Below are positions 13,801 to 26,400 of a stretch of 64,000 bases of DNA, piece after piece. The notes below the pieces were generated by a model that ran no database searches, was not told the origin of the DNA, and saw nothing but the letters and a program-made list of their open reading frames with translations. The stretch covers positions 64,480,001-64,544,000 of the forward strand of contig NC_092349.1 of NCBI RefSeq assembly GCF_963676685.1, given 5' to 3'. This DNA is from Mytilus edulis (taxonomy: Eukaryota). A program made the translations under genes and the position numbers. Each line of letters begins with the position of its first letter. Position 1 is the first letter of the stretch.

Positions 13801-16222
13801 AACAATTCCAGTGATCCATGAACCTGTAAAATACATCTAATACAAGAACACATTTTATACCTGACTTAACTGTACATTTTCCAGGAGCCATAATCTATGT
13901 TATTGTTGGACAAAGGTATTTCATAAATTAAATTGAGAAAACTAATAAATGGCTTTATATATACATGTATGTTTATGCTTGCTTTCTGCTTATTCAGTCT
14001 GATTTTCATGATTCTGTCATGATTTGAATTATTTATGGTTAAAAGTTGATATCTGACCACTTACAATATTTTTTTAAAGAATAAGACTAGCACATCTTAC
14101 AAAGGCAATGAAAAACATACAATGAAAATGATACTGTATTTTCCTTCCCTTCATAAAAGACTCAGTTTAAATTTGCTGGAAATTTTTATAATCAAAAGAC
14201 TTGAGCTTTCGGAAAATGCTTGTTGAATTTACCAGTCAATAATTAAAAAGACATTGACAATTAACAATTATATGGTAACTTACCCCTACAGGGAGAGTTA
14301 AAAATGGCACTGCTGGTCGTTCACAGGCAGCTAATCCCATTACCAGCAGTGCTGCAAATAAGTCTAAAGCATAGAAAATTTTCTTGTGAGCAATTTTATA
14401 TGCTGGCAATGCATTAAAGTCTCTGGGATGTGTACTATATTTATCATTGTTTTCCCCTTCCTGCAGATATATAGCTGCCTCTTGGTAATTCAGTTCCCAA
14501 GTTTTATACTGTTTATGTCGTCTAGTGATGGCATGGTATGGAGTGCCCTGGCCCTCCAAAATCTGATGGTTAGATCCAAAACCATTGTTTACATCATAAA
14601 TAGAGTCACCATTACTGTGTATTCTGTTTGATGGAACATCATATTGGTCTTCATCTGAAATAGACATTAAAAACCAAAATAAACAGTGTTCTAGCTACAA
14701 CCTTTGAAGAGGGCAGCTTCCGCCCTTTTTTATTGACGCCCGTTCCTTTTTTCTGTTGTTCCTCGGGCATCATACTTTTTATTACTGAACAACGAAGAGC
14801 TTTTTACATCTTATTGATATGTATAGTTTTATTTCATTAAAATTGATCAAAGGTTTCTATATATAAACCTGAAACGACCCCAGATGTCGATTCCTGAACA
14901 GTTAGCAAATTTAGACACAAAATTCAAGCTTGAGAATGTCTGAATTTGAATTTTGATCATTTTTTTTTTTTTTTACATAATTACGTTTCTGACACAGAAA
15001 TAGAATTGGTCTGACAAGGATCTTACAAATTTATTGTGCAACCCTGTGCAATTGAAGATTTCTTGTTGAAACTTTTCAAAAAATTTAAAATTTGAAAAAT
15101 TTTGAAAAAAATTTGAACTACATGTAAAAAAAATAGAGAACCCCCCCCCCTCTATCTTTTCGAATTCACAATGGTGCAATTACCCCCAAACTCAATCCTA
15201 GCCTTTCCTTTGTAGTATGGAACCTTGTAGTACAATTTCAAAGAGATCCATTCACTTAAACACAAGTTATTGCCTGGATTTAACTACAAAAATACTTGTT
15301 TTTGGCCCTTAGGTTTATAAACTGTTGGCACCAAAACCGTGCAAAATAAATTCCAGCCTTCTACTTGTGGTATTAAACATTGTGGTACAATTTCAGAGCA
15401 ATCAAAATATTTAATACACTAGAAATTATTTTGAAACTAGAAAAATGCTTGTTTTGGGCCCCTTTTATCTATTAAAACGGTTGGGACCATCATCCCCATA
15501 ATACACCTTATCGCTATTGCTGGAAATCACACAGGTTCCCGTAAAATTTTGACTTCATAAAACAAAATGTCTGACGCCACAATGGAAAAGTGATTGTTGT
15601 TGACGTCAAAAGTTCAAGCGGACGGGTCAGCCGGGAATAGCGATAAGGTGTATAAATCCTAACCTTCCTTTTTGTGGATTTGAACCTTCTGAATACATTT
15701 CATACAGATCTATTCACTTAAACTAAAGTTATTGTCTGGAAACCAAATTAATGTGTCTTAGGAAACGACACTGACATCAGGGCATCAAACTACCCAATAA
15801 AAACACACCCTGCAATAATTGAATCTTACCTGCCAAATCAATTTTCTCAAAATTTTGTAAATTTGCTTTCATGCTTAAGCATTAGTGACTAGTGTGGTAT
15901 ATTGTGACAGTTGACAGGCTGTGCGTCTCTTTCTTTGGATCATGGAAGTGACTGTGTATTTTCAAACTTGTCAGGTTTTATTTATCACTGGTTCATTTGG
16001 ACTAATTTAACCCTTGTTATCTACTCAAAAATAAACTATTATCTCACTGACTTTCCGCAACACTATTTTTTCAATGTAGCAATTAAAATGCAATGTCACT
16101 AGCCAGTATAAATAGTCAATCTTAAGTGTTTCAAAAAGAGATGCACATTAATAATAAATACCTGAGGGTGAAAATCCATTTTCATTTCTGATTAATAGGG
16201 GACTTTCAATATTACCCGCCAT
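1888..16222 (-). CDS. TPCN1: Two-pore channel 1 (partial, multi-exon; 3' end lies beyond position 1)
   Basis: Phase-consistent GT-AG exons on the minus strand: 14284-14654 (or from ATG 14667), 13710-13823, 13182-13312, 11948-12036, 11199-11233, 9277-9335, 8191-8290, 6597-6713, 5902-5965, 5529-5638, 5060-5126, 3931-3975, 3355-3411, 2798-2875, 1888-1960. Peptides [39 protein letters not shown] (S4), [19 protein letters not shown] (pore 1) and an EF-hand-like [14 protein letters not shown] are TPC1 hallmarks. The first coding exon is uncertain (16216-16222 or 15830-15872). Confidence 0.93.
4567..4787. mobile_element. Non-autonomous TIR element (MITE)
   Basis: TIRs gggtctcattgggg / ccccaatgagaccc. 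A partial inverted copy lies at about 46663-46808. Confidence 0.7.
5396..5503. repeat. 36-bp tandem repeat, 3 copies (intronic)
   Basis: Unit aaaaagatagtattacagttgaaataataataacat repeated three times next to a TPCN1 splice donor. Confidence 0.85.
6968..7690. mobile_element. Non-autonomous TTAA-targeting DNA transposon (Kolobok-like)
   Basis: 22-bp TIR ggtagcacaatacaaagatttt / aaaatctttgtattgtgctacc with TTAA on both sides (6964-6967, 7691-7694). Purine-purine start, no ORF. Confidence 0.8.
8708..9094. mobile_element. Non-autonomous TIR element, superfamily unassigned
   Basis: 20-bp TIR aatagacaactttcgagttc / gaactcgaaagtggtctatt (1 mismatch). CpG-rich interior, no clear TSD. Confidence 0.7.
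9600..10670 (+). mobile_element. 5'-truncated degenerate non-LTR retrotransposon (RT C-terminal region and CCHC; RTEX-like)
   Basis: Peptides [51 protein letters not shown] and [18 protein letters not shown], interrupted by stops. Lies in a TPCN1 intron, antisense to the gene. Confidence 0.8.
12083..12260. repeat. Dispersed repeat family (aaataaactcatcatagataccagga...)
   Basis: Closely similar copy at about 55988-56130 and an inverted partial copy at about 10970-11062. Confidence 0.8.
12846..12950. repeat. Dispersed repeat family (aaaattgagaatggaaatggggaatgtgtcaaag...)
   Basis: Other copies at about 21846-22020 (same orientation) and 19868-20058, 2480-2601, 63270-63380 (inverted, variably decayed). 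Confidence 0.8.
15504..15650. mobile_element. 147-bp MITE with TA flanks (Tc1/mariner-type)
   Basis: TIR caccttatcgctatt / aatagcgataaggtg, TA on both sides. Confidence 0.7.
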
Positions 16223-16325
16223 ATTGTTTTCATTTTTGATAATCAAGGATAAGTATAGAGGATTGCGAATGTATCATGTGTATTCTAAAAATATTCCGAA
16301 CAAAGGTTATTTCCGCTTAAAAGTA

Positions 16326-16513
16326 GTTCCATGACAACTTAATAAAATCATGAGCAACATTTTTTGCTTTATTCCCTTAGGAGACTAATATCTTCTTTTT
16401 TTTTCTTTTTTTTAAAACTGTATTTTTCATTTCATCGAACTATTTTGTAGATTTATGCTATTCAAAAAAGAGAGACACAGAAATTGTAGAAGTACTATTT
16501 GTTGCTAGGGAAT
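16326..16513. promoter_or_regulatory. Candidate RFX X-box motifs in the TPCN1/DRC10 divergent promoter
   Basis: gttccatgacaac (16326-16338) and gttgctagggaat (16501-16513) resemble the X-box consensus and sit upstream of a motile-cilia gene. Confidence 0.5.
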
Positions 16514-16649
16514 GCGTATTAAACAAATTCAATGTAATGCGGCTGCAAGACCGATAAACAGTGAATTGGTAATGTTGACGATGTAAATTAGGAATTATAT
16601 ACATATAAGCCTATTGTAAACGTTGTTATCGCCGTTATATTGTGCGAAA

Positions 16650-19600
16650 ATGGCCACCACAGCAATGCGAACACAGACATTAACAGGTTCAATTGCCACA
16701 GAGCCAATTTTAAACATGAAACTAACAGTTCCCGTACCCCCTCAAAAAGGAGGACCAGGGAAAATAAGAAACAGACTCCGTTTAGATCCAGCGAGGGCAT
16801 TAGAACCTGCAAGAAAAAAAATAGCCACAGTTGAAGCACAGCGTGTTATGTCAGTATTTGAGGACACAATACAAAGAATAGAAATTTCCTCAATGATCCC
16901 ATACATTCTTGAAAATTTGGACAGATTTCGAATAAGCTTTGGGGTAGAACTTTGCAGCTTGCTAGAGAACCACAGTATTATAATCGGTAGTTACAATGAG
17001 ATCAAAGAACAGCTTGATAGGCAAATGCAAAGGAATAGAATACGATCAGCCAGTTCTGTCAGAAGTGATGCATCACAAGAGCAACAAAATGATATGAATG
17101 AAACTCAACCTACTGCTGAAGATGACGAAGATGAAGATTCCGTTTATGGAGGCCAAAGTCCCCCACAGAGTCCTGTTAATAAGCCTCCATCTAGAGGTAG
17201 TAGTGCTAGCAGTCGAAGATCTAATCCTTCTGTTGCTAGTTTTGACAGCCAAACAGAACGTACAATGCGGAATTTGAGTCTGGTAGCTCAGCAACTTAGT
17301 TCCTCATGCAAAAACATTCTCAGACAATTTCAAATAAATGGTAGTGCATTTAATTCTGTTAAGACCCACTTTCATGCACGACCTAAAGAGAGTACCCAGC
17401 TTTTATCTTACATGAATGATTTGAGAGATATCTTACTGAATAAACTGTTAACAACACCTGAGGAAGAAAAAGAGAGAATGGCTTACATCCAGGAAGTTTC
17501 AGAAAGAGAGAGAAACAATGCTACTATCATTGCAAAGATGGAAGAAGAACTTGATGCTGCAGTTGCTGATAAGGAAGAAGAGGTATAATATTTAGATGGA
17601 TTTAAAAATACTTGGCAAATTTTTTGACTCCAACATGTCAGTCTACATGCATCATGTTTATTGATACATTGTGGATGATATGCATTTATTAAGAGCACTG
17701 AATTATTGTATTTCAAATCATACTGGCATTCTCAATGATAAAATGTTCTCCATTTTTAGTTATAAAGTTACAGAAGTTGAATTTTTTTTAAGATTCTTGA
17801 ATCAATATTTTAAACTCAAAAACATGTAAAACTATATATAATCAAACATGTCTCATAAAATTTAAAAAGAATACTATAATTTGCCTCACTTGGTTTACAA
17901 TGATGTCTAACTTTTGCAAAGAGAACCTTTATTGTAAAAGAGAAACATTTTAAAATTTTAATGACTTTCAACTACAGATACATGTATATGTTGCCACCAC
18001 AAAATTGTGTGAATAAATTAGCAATATATACTCACAATCATCATGTACATGTAGCACAAACAGCAGAAACAAATTATTGTAGTCTGTAAAAGAGTTATTG
18101 TCAACAGTAATAGTTATACAGAAAATTATAGAAGATATGATGACAATACACATAATTAACAGCGCCTAGTGATGTTTATAGTCTGACCAGTTTGTGTTAT
18201 AGTAATAGGGGTTGGCAAGAAGTTCTATTTATTGCACATCACATTATTTTATTTAAGTTCAAAATGTATACATGTATGTATGAATTTAAACACATTATAA
18301 TAATATAAATTGTATAATGATATGACACATTATTTCATATCATACATGTCATAGATACCAGCTAGATTATTTCTTTTAAACATGTGTGTATAAAGATTCT
18401 TTCTTTCTTTTATAGATGAAGAAGAAAAATGATGTAATAAAAAAGCTACAGACAGAGTTACAACAGATTATAAACTTTTCCAAAGAAAATATAGGAAGGA
18501 TTAAGAATGAACAGGACAAACAAGAATCAGCTGATAAAAAGAACCATGAAGGCAAAGTACAAAGGCTGCAGAATGAAATAGTACAACTTAAAACCCAGCT
18601 TCAAAACCTTGTATTGGAGCATAGAGAAAAGGAACAAGATCTAAGAAGGGTAAGATACATTTTGATGCTGTAAATATCTCAAATACATACATGTAGCATT
18701 AGTATAATATATACAATGCTATTTACGAGTTAGCATATTTAAACGACGAATCCGCAGGATGAGTTCTATACATGTAAATATGTTAATGAGTAAGGCGTGG
18801 TGTATATGTTTTGTAACATCATTCAAAAGTGGCCTGGTGATTTTTTATCCAATAAAAACCCAGTGGGAATGTTGTTCCAGCCCCCTGCTTAACGTGTGCA
18901 CGTGAAAATCAATCCAGTCAATTTTTTCGAAAATCAGCCGGTTCATTCAGAACAGAGTCGTAACAAAGAGGCAGGGTTTAAATCATGGTTTAACATGAAA
19001 AATATCAGATTAAACCATAGTCTAAACTCCACCTATCTACATGAAGTTGCAAGCACAAAGTATGTCATGACTTTTTTTAATGGAATAACATATCAATCTT
19101 TCTATAATAACCATGGTTTTTCAGAAACCGAACTATTAAGCAGAATATCACGTAAAAACTTCAAAGGAAAAATGCCATATTATGTTACAAGATATATATA
19201 AATCTTGTTGAACAAAGTCAAAATAATTCTATTGTAGTATTAATAATATAATAACTGGCCTATAAAAATAACCAATACAATGACATTTATCATTTCAAAC
19301 TGCTATTTATTCAATTTTTTGGTACCAAATTCAAAGATGACATTAGCATGATTATGCATACATTGAATTTAGCTGAATTTATCATTGAAAAATTTACATA
19401 TATTCAGATTTCACATGATGTTGAATTCTGATTTAAAAATATTAAGATTGGGTATATGATTACTGTGTACATGTACTTAAAATGTATAATTATGAGACAA
19501 TTACAATCCGTTCGAAAACAAAGATAGTGGATGTAAACAAAGGCCACTGTAAATCAAATACTGTAGCAATTTAAGATTTATATAGTTATTATCTACGAGA

Positions 19601-20935
19601 ATGATTAACATAATAAAAGCATGACATGAAGAAAAAAATATCAGCCCGATAAAAGATATGAACCAAAAATTGGCAGACAGAGAACAACTAATTGGCTCCT
19701 GATTGCATAGCTTTACATGTATATTACAAATTTCTTAAATTACAGTAATATTATTTTATATTTAACAGATGAAGTTTAAGGTGGAGTCACAAGTTGAAGG
19801 TTTAATTCAGAAATATGATGGCGAAATGAATGAGAGACAGGTAATTTCAGTCATATATGAAATAAATAGTTTTAGTATGACGTCCATTTTTACTGAACTA
19901 GTATACATATTTGTTTAGAAGCCAGCTGGGGGACACCTCTGGGTTGCAGGAGTTTCTCGCTACATTGAAGACCCATTGGTGGCCTTTGGCTGTTGTCTGC
20001 TCTATGGTTGGTTTGTTGTCTCTTTGACACATTCCCCATTTCCATTCTCAATTTTACACTTTGAATTCACCTACAACTGCTACTAAGCAGGGTGTTGAAG
20101 ACTGCATAGAAAAGTTTGAATGCATTTCAAAGCAATGCAAAGTTATAAATGGATACAATACAGATATGAACACTCAAATAAATTTTTATCAGAATAGACG
20201 GAAGTTCTAAATGAAAACTTAACTACACTAGACTTTCTCATTTGTAAATTTGTGATTTTTTTATCAAGTCTGTTCCAAAAATTTGAAGGCTGATTACCGG
20301 AACCGAAAGTAAAACATAGTTTTGTCAGATCCCTGAAAGTGTAGCCTGGACTACAGATCTGTATTTTAATCGGATTGCAACATTATCTAGTTAGTATTGG
20401 GTATTTCATTACAGATTGACTGCTATATATATTAATAAGTGACAACAATTAATTTTCATGACCAAATTTTTACTATAGAATAAATAAATCTTATATTTCA
20501 ATTTGAAAGTAGGTCAAAAGCACAATAAAAACGAACTGTACATTTAGAATATTATCATCATTCAGAACAAATTATTTGTCATGTCAAACATTTACATCTT
20601 AAATCTTTGTAAACAGTAAAATGGGAGGATTCAACTAATAATCTTGTGTTATCCTTATATTTCAGGAGGAATATGAAGAAATAGAAGCTGCATATAATGC
20701 TCAGAAGAAACAGTTAGATGAAGTAGAAGAAAGATTTAAAACTATGTCAGCTGAGTACGACCAGATTCAGGAAGAGAGGAGACTGGCCCGTGAGAAACGT
20801 GAAGCTGCTGAGCGTGAGATGGCTCTCATGGTCAAAGCTGCTACAACAGTCCAAGCTTTCTGGAGGTCATTCAAAGTCCGTAAAGCACTTAAAGCCAGGA
20901 AGAAGAAAGGAGGTGGCAAGAAAGGAAAGAAATAG
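16650..20935 (+). CDS. IQCD: Dynein regulatory complex protein 10 (IQ domain-containing D), about 502 aa
   Basis: Four phase-0 exons: 16650-17582, 18416-18649, 19769-19840, 20666-20935. Motifs EAQRVMSVFEDTI, KLLTTPEEE, KFKVESQVEGLIQKYD, C-terminal IQ motif AATTVQAFWRSFKVRK and a Lys/Gly tail. Confidence 0.92.
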
Positions 20936-23496
20936 ACTGAAAAAAAAGAGTGTTTATGTTTTTGAAGACTTTTCAAGAATTATAAATTGATTGAGAGAGT
21001 AACATTACAATTTCATTGATAGAGAACAGCTATCTAAAGAATATTTATTGTCCCAGTATTCTAATACCTTGATTTTAGTTCATGTAATTTCTACTGAGAA
21101 TCAGTGCTCTTCAAATCTGTAAATATATCTATGGGAGCTTTTTTATGTACACTTATGAAATGTGATGAACACATAAAATTGTAATAATTAAATTTAGTTT
21201 TTTATTTCTCTTCCAAATCTCTTAAATCAAAGTCTCAGTCCTGTTCTTATAAGCCCAATTGATTATAGATTAATGAAAATATGTGTTTTCTATGAATGAA
21301 CTAATTATTGATTCTGCTATTGGGACGTATTACACAAATAAAGTAACATCAGGCTGGTCAGTTATCTCCGCTGAAACTAAATGAACCCCTTTTTCAACAA
21401 CATGTATTGACCCTGAAAATTTTATGGAAATCTTTTGATTTGTTATGAAGTTATTTCCCCTGAAATGTATTAAAAATAAGTAGCAAAAATAAAAAAATGA
21501 ATTTACAATATTGATCCCCTGAAAATGATAAAACACTGAAAATAATAAGCTATTGCCCCTGAAATAAAAATTATTTTTACATGTATTTGTCTCCCTTTAT
21601 CTCGTATGCAGATTATTTACATAAAACATATGACTTTTTTGTTCAAATATGTCTTATGTCCATTGTCTTTTCCCTCATTTTCATGGTTCATATTAGATGA
21701 TTGGTGATTGCTTTACATGTACATCTCATCAGCACAAAAAAAGTTCAGTTACTACTTGGAAAAAATGTTTCTTTGTTCGGTCTTTTCAAATTGAGGTGAT
21801 ACAAAGTTTAGCTTTCATGTGAAATTTTTACTTGTTTTGAGTTACATGATAAAATTGAGAAAGGAAATGGGGAATGTGTCAAAGCGACAACCCAACCACA
21901 GAGCAGACAACAGCCAAAGGCCACCAATGGGTCTTCAATGAAGCGAGAGAAACTCCCACACCCGTAGGCATCCTTCAGCTGGCCCCTTAAAAATATGTAT
22001 ACTAGTATAATGATAATGGATAACTATACTTGGTATATGAGATCCTTGCAAAGAATATATGTTCACCAGACTTCAACTTCCTTTATATAAATCAGTGATC
22101 TTGTCATAATGTTTCAGTTGGACAAAAAATATGGGGTAGATCTTCATGCAACAATATTTCAATTGTATACTAACCATTTTAGACTATGGTTGTGTACACT
22201 ATTTTCCTTGGTCACATGTGCCTGAGTGTCTGAAAGGCAATTGTAACAAATCTACTTTGAAACGTGATAAATGCAGGGTTTAAGCTAGGATTTTGGTGGC
22301 TTTAGTCACTTTTGCGCGCTATTCAAATCAACCTTATTTTGTGTAAAAGCAAGGGACCAATGATGTATATTACTAGCTTCATCTTTTGACTTGGTCAGAT
22401 TTTTAAGGATTGAGGCACCAGCATGATTGGCAGTTATTGTATGATTTGACTGTATTGGCCATTATTATGAAAGATTCTGACATGGAATCCAGAAATTAAG
22501 TTCACAATTTCTCTTCAGTTTGTTCCAGGGGTCATTAATTCCTGATCAACAAAAGTTGGATTCTATTTTTTTAAAACAAGGAATCACAGCAGAAATTAAC
22601 TTGCAATGATTATTTCACTGCATAATCATTATCAATATAAAAGGTCTAAATCGATATAAATTTCGATAAAATGTTTCATTGTATTTCCATTTATGAAATG
22701 GAAATACAATGAAACACTGATCTGCAACAATATTGAATATACAGATATATTTGAACAACTATTCTAAGAGTATTGAAGGGCATTCTACTGGATAAGAATG
22801 CTTACTTCATAATGATGTAAAACATGTCATGGTGTAACTATTACACAAATTTCAAATCAATATCTTCAATCATGACAAAAAATGTGAAAAACTGATTATT
22901 TGCATGAATTTTCTAAGTCACAGGACCATATTAACTCTGCAAAAACTTCATTGGAACCAAACAAAAATAGAACTTTATCAGTAACTGGTCATGGTAATAC
23001 TACATGTACAATGTATATACCAAATATCAAATCAATATCTTCAAGCATGATGAATTTTTTTTTTGGAAACTGAATTTTTAAGTCCAAGAACCATAACTCT
23101 GCACAAGATCATCAGACACAATCCAAATTCGAACTTGATATGCAACTTGTCACGGTACAGCTAAATACCAAACATCTAATCAAAATATTCAAGTATGAAG
23201 AAGAAAAATGTGGAAAACGTTCTCTAACATGACTTTGTGCACTGTAATGTACTTTTTGATGTTCACCAAAATTTCAATACACTATGGATCTATGGTGCAA
23301 ATTCAAGGTTAAGAAAAAGCAAGTTAACTTTACTGCACAGTAACAATTCTTGTTGTAAATTATGACTGAAATGATAAAATGTAAAACATTTGTAATTGAT
23401 CAATGATTATTTATTTCTAAGTTGTTGTAACTGCCATCCAATTAATGTCAATCTTGGAGCTGTCATAGCACAGGAGTCGGTGATACAAATGTTCTC

Positions 23497-26400
23497 TCAT
23501 CCAGCATTATTCTTCTGTTTTTCATACTGCTCAGGTGTCCAAGTTTTCATTTCAAATGCATGTATGATTTTCATTTCTTCTTCAATGGTAGAGTTCACTA
23601 ATCTGGAAATAAAAACAAGATTTTATTTATGTATAATACACTGTGGTCAGACACTTCAGAAAGATTTAAGTCAGTCTTACCAATATCTAGATCAATAAAA
23701 CTACACCATGAAATAATAACTGCATAACTGTTTTTTTATTATTATTATTATTGTTTAACTATTTTTTTTTTAGGGCAAACATTTTTTTTTCTCTCTGATA
23801 TTTGATTTCCTACAGTAATCACTAAGTGATGATTTGTAGTATCAAAGGCCATATTTATGATAATAACACTTGTGTTTGAGGTGCATATCTTCAAAATATA
23901 TATCGCAAAAAATATTTCAAATATAAACTCCTGCCTATTTTTGTATAGGAAATAAACCTTATAACAGCTAAAGAAGTGAAATTTTCAAACTTGCATTTTT
24001 CTTCACACAAGTGCAATTCAAAGGCCATTAGTCACAAACACTTTTTATAACTTTCTAATTAACTCATCAAAATCCTGCATTTTCTTTCTATTTTTGCTCA
24101 AGTTAACTGCATGGCAATTAAATGCAAAATGTTAGCATCAAGCTTTTCAATACAAGGCTCCGTGATGAAGACTGTACCTTGACCCATATAATGGTTTACT
24201 TTTATAAATTGTGACTTGGATGGAGAGTTGTCTCATTTAACACTCATTCCACATCTTCCTATATCTAAATAAATATACATGTAAAAAAATTTACATCCCA
24301 TTCGATATCTCTTTACTTTATATCAATTTCAACATGATCAATTACCTGTGTCTTTGTAATAATGGTTTGCCTTCAAATTGAGGTGATACAATTATAGCTT
24401 TGAACTTTGAACCACAGCCATCAGACATGTCCACAACATCCTGCAGAGTGAAAGGAAACTAGTAAATTTTCAGTGTATTCAGTAATATCAAACTTATAGA
24501 TAATATACTTCACAACATTATGGAATATTTGATGCATAGCAATAAGACAAAATACATCAGTTTAAACAAGAATATATGTCCCAGAATATCATAATGCCTT
24601 GCACACACTATCTTGAATATTATGATGCATAGGCGGATCCAGGAGCGGGGGGATTTCCTAGGAAAATTTTGGTTGATTATATAGGGAATCACTGAAGCAT
24701 AACGGGAGCGGTCCCCCCATAGGAAATGTTCTGGATCCTCCACTGTGATGCATCTATGTTTAGTGAACCACAAAATCAGGGTAAAAACTGTAATATGGCA
24801 CATATATCACTGTATACATTACACATTTCACATCACAATGAACATGTGTGCTAAGTAATAAGTTGATGTGACAAAAAAAGGAAAAAATAACATATAGTAT
24901 AGCATATTGTTATACTCCATTTGTACTTATGGTTTGTGGTTTGAAAGTTACCATATTAATGATAATGACACTTGTATTTGAGATGCATATTTTCAGAATT
25001 TATAACACTACAACAAATGATTTTTAACAACCTTGACTGGCTATACAGCCCTTGCACGGTCGGTACTATTTAATAATACTATAATACATGGTATACTCCT
25101 ATCTTGGATTGTACTATCGCAAATTTGTAGACAGATATGCAATTTTATTGGTTAGACTGTTTATTTATTTGAAGAAAACATGCTGATTTATTGCATTACC
25201 CATAATATTTAAACAAATACCAAATATTTGTGTTTTAGAATCATTTTTTTTCAACTGAGTCATTTAAGGGGAGATAACTCTTTTAGTAAAAATATTATAC
25301 TGGTCACAGTAGGAAATTTTAAATTTTTACTTGTAGCAAGAAAAAAAGTTCAGTAACACCATTTTTCTTTTTATTTTCAACATATTATAAAACATATCTT
25401 GTCACATTTTATCATGTTTATAAAATTTCAAAATTCTATCTCTTTTTATGTGTAATGGTGGTTGGTTTTACCTTATAAATTATTCATATTAAAACCACTT
25501 TGAAAAAGGATATAGCTTCTAAACTGCCGTACTGGCCGTAGCTAGTTATGAGGTTACCGGGCCTACCGGTCTTCTTCCGGTAGGACCGGCCCGTGCCGGT
25601 CTGATGACGTCAGACTATAGTTTTGCGTTCTGCACTTACGAACTGACTGAGAAAGAAAACACTGAACATCACCTTCTTCAGGTTGATATTTTTATTAAGA
25701 CTACGTTTGTAACCACCATTATGTCTCATTTCGCCATTCTAAACATTTAAAGTAGTATTATTCATTGTAAACTGTGCTTAAATTATTTGGCTGATATTAA
25801 ATCTATATTATTATTAACGACGTATTCTGTTTTCTAATATTCCGTGAACTCGGGAAAACTCATTCCCGTTACATTGGGGGCTCGTCCTTTGAAGAGTAAA
25901 ACAATGTTAAATGCTCAGGAAACAAATTTTAAATATTCATCAGGTGCGTGTTCTGATCAATACAACAGTCGTGTCAGATTTGAAGATAGGGACGTGTTGC
26001 CGGGAGAGGATTCTCGGAAATTTTATGCTCAAAAACAAACACAAAGTTTGTCTGACCAAAATTATCACACAATAGACCAGGGTGAGGATTCTCGGAATTT
26101 TAATTCTCAAAAACAAACACAAAGTTTGTCTAACTAAAATTACCACACAATAGACCAGGGTGGGTTTCGGGAGATTAACAATAATTGTTTTCAGGACAAG
26201 GGATTCACTCCTTCCTACAACAAACACAGTCCGTGTTTCTCACAAGTTCACCTTAATGGTGAAAATAGAGAATCTTTTGGGGGTAATCATAACTGTACAA
26301 ATACGGGAACATCAAATGTTGGTATACAACATAGAAGGAGACCAGATCAAATGTTGGATAGGGTTTCATTGGGAGAAAATAGAAATGTGCCTTCGCATCA

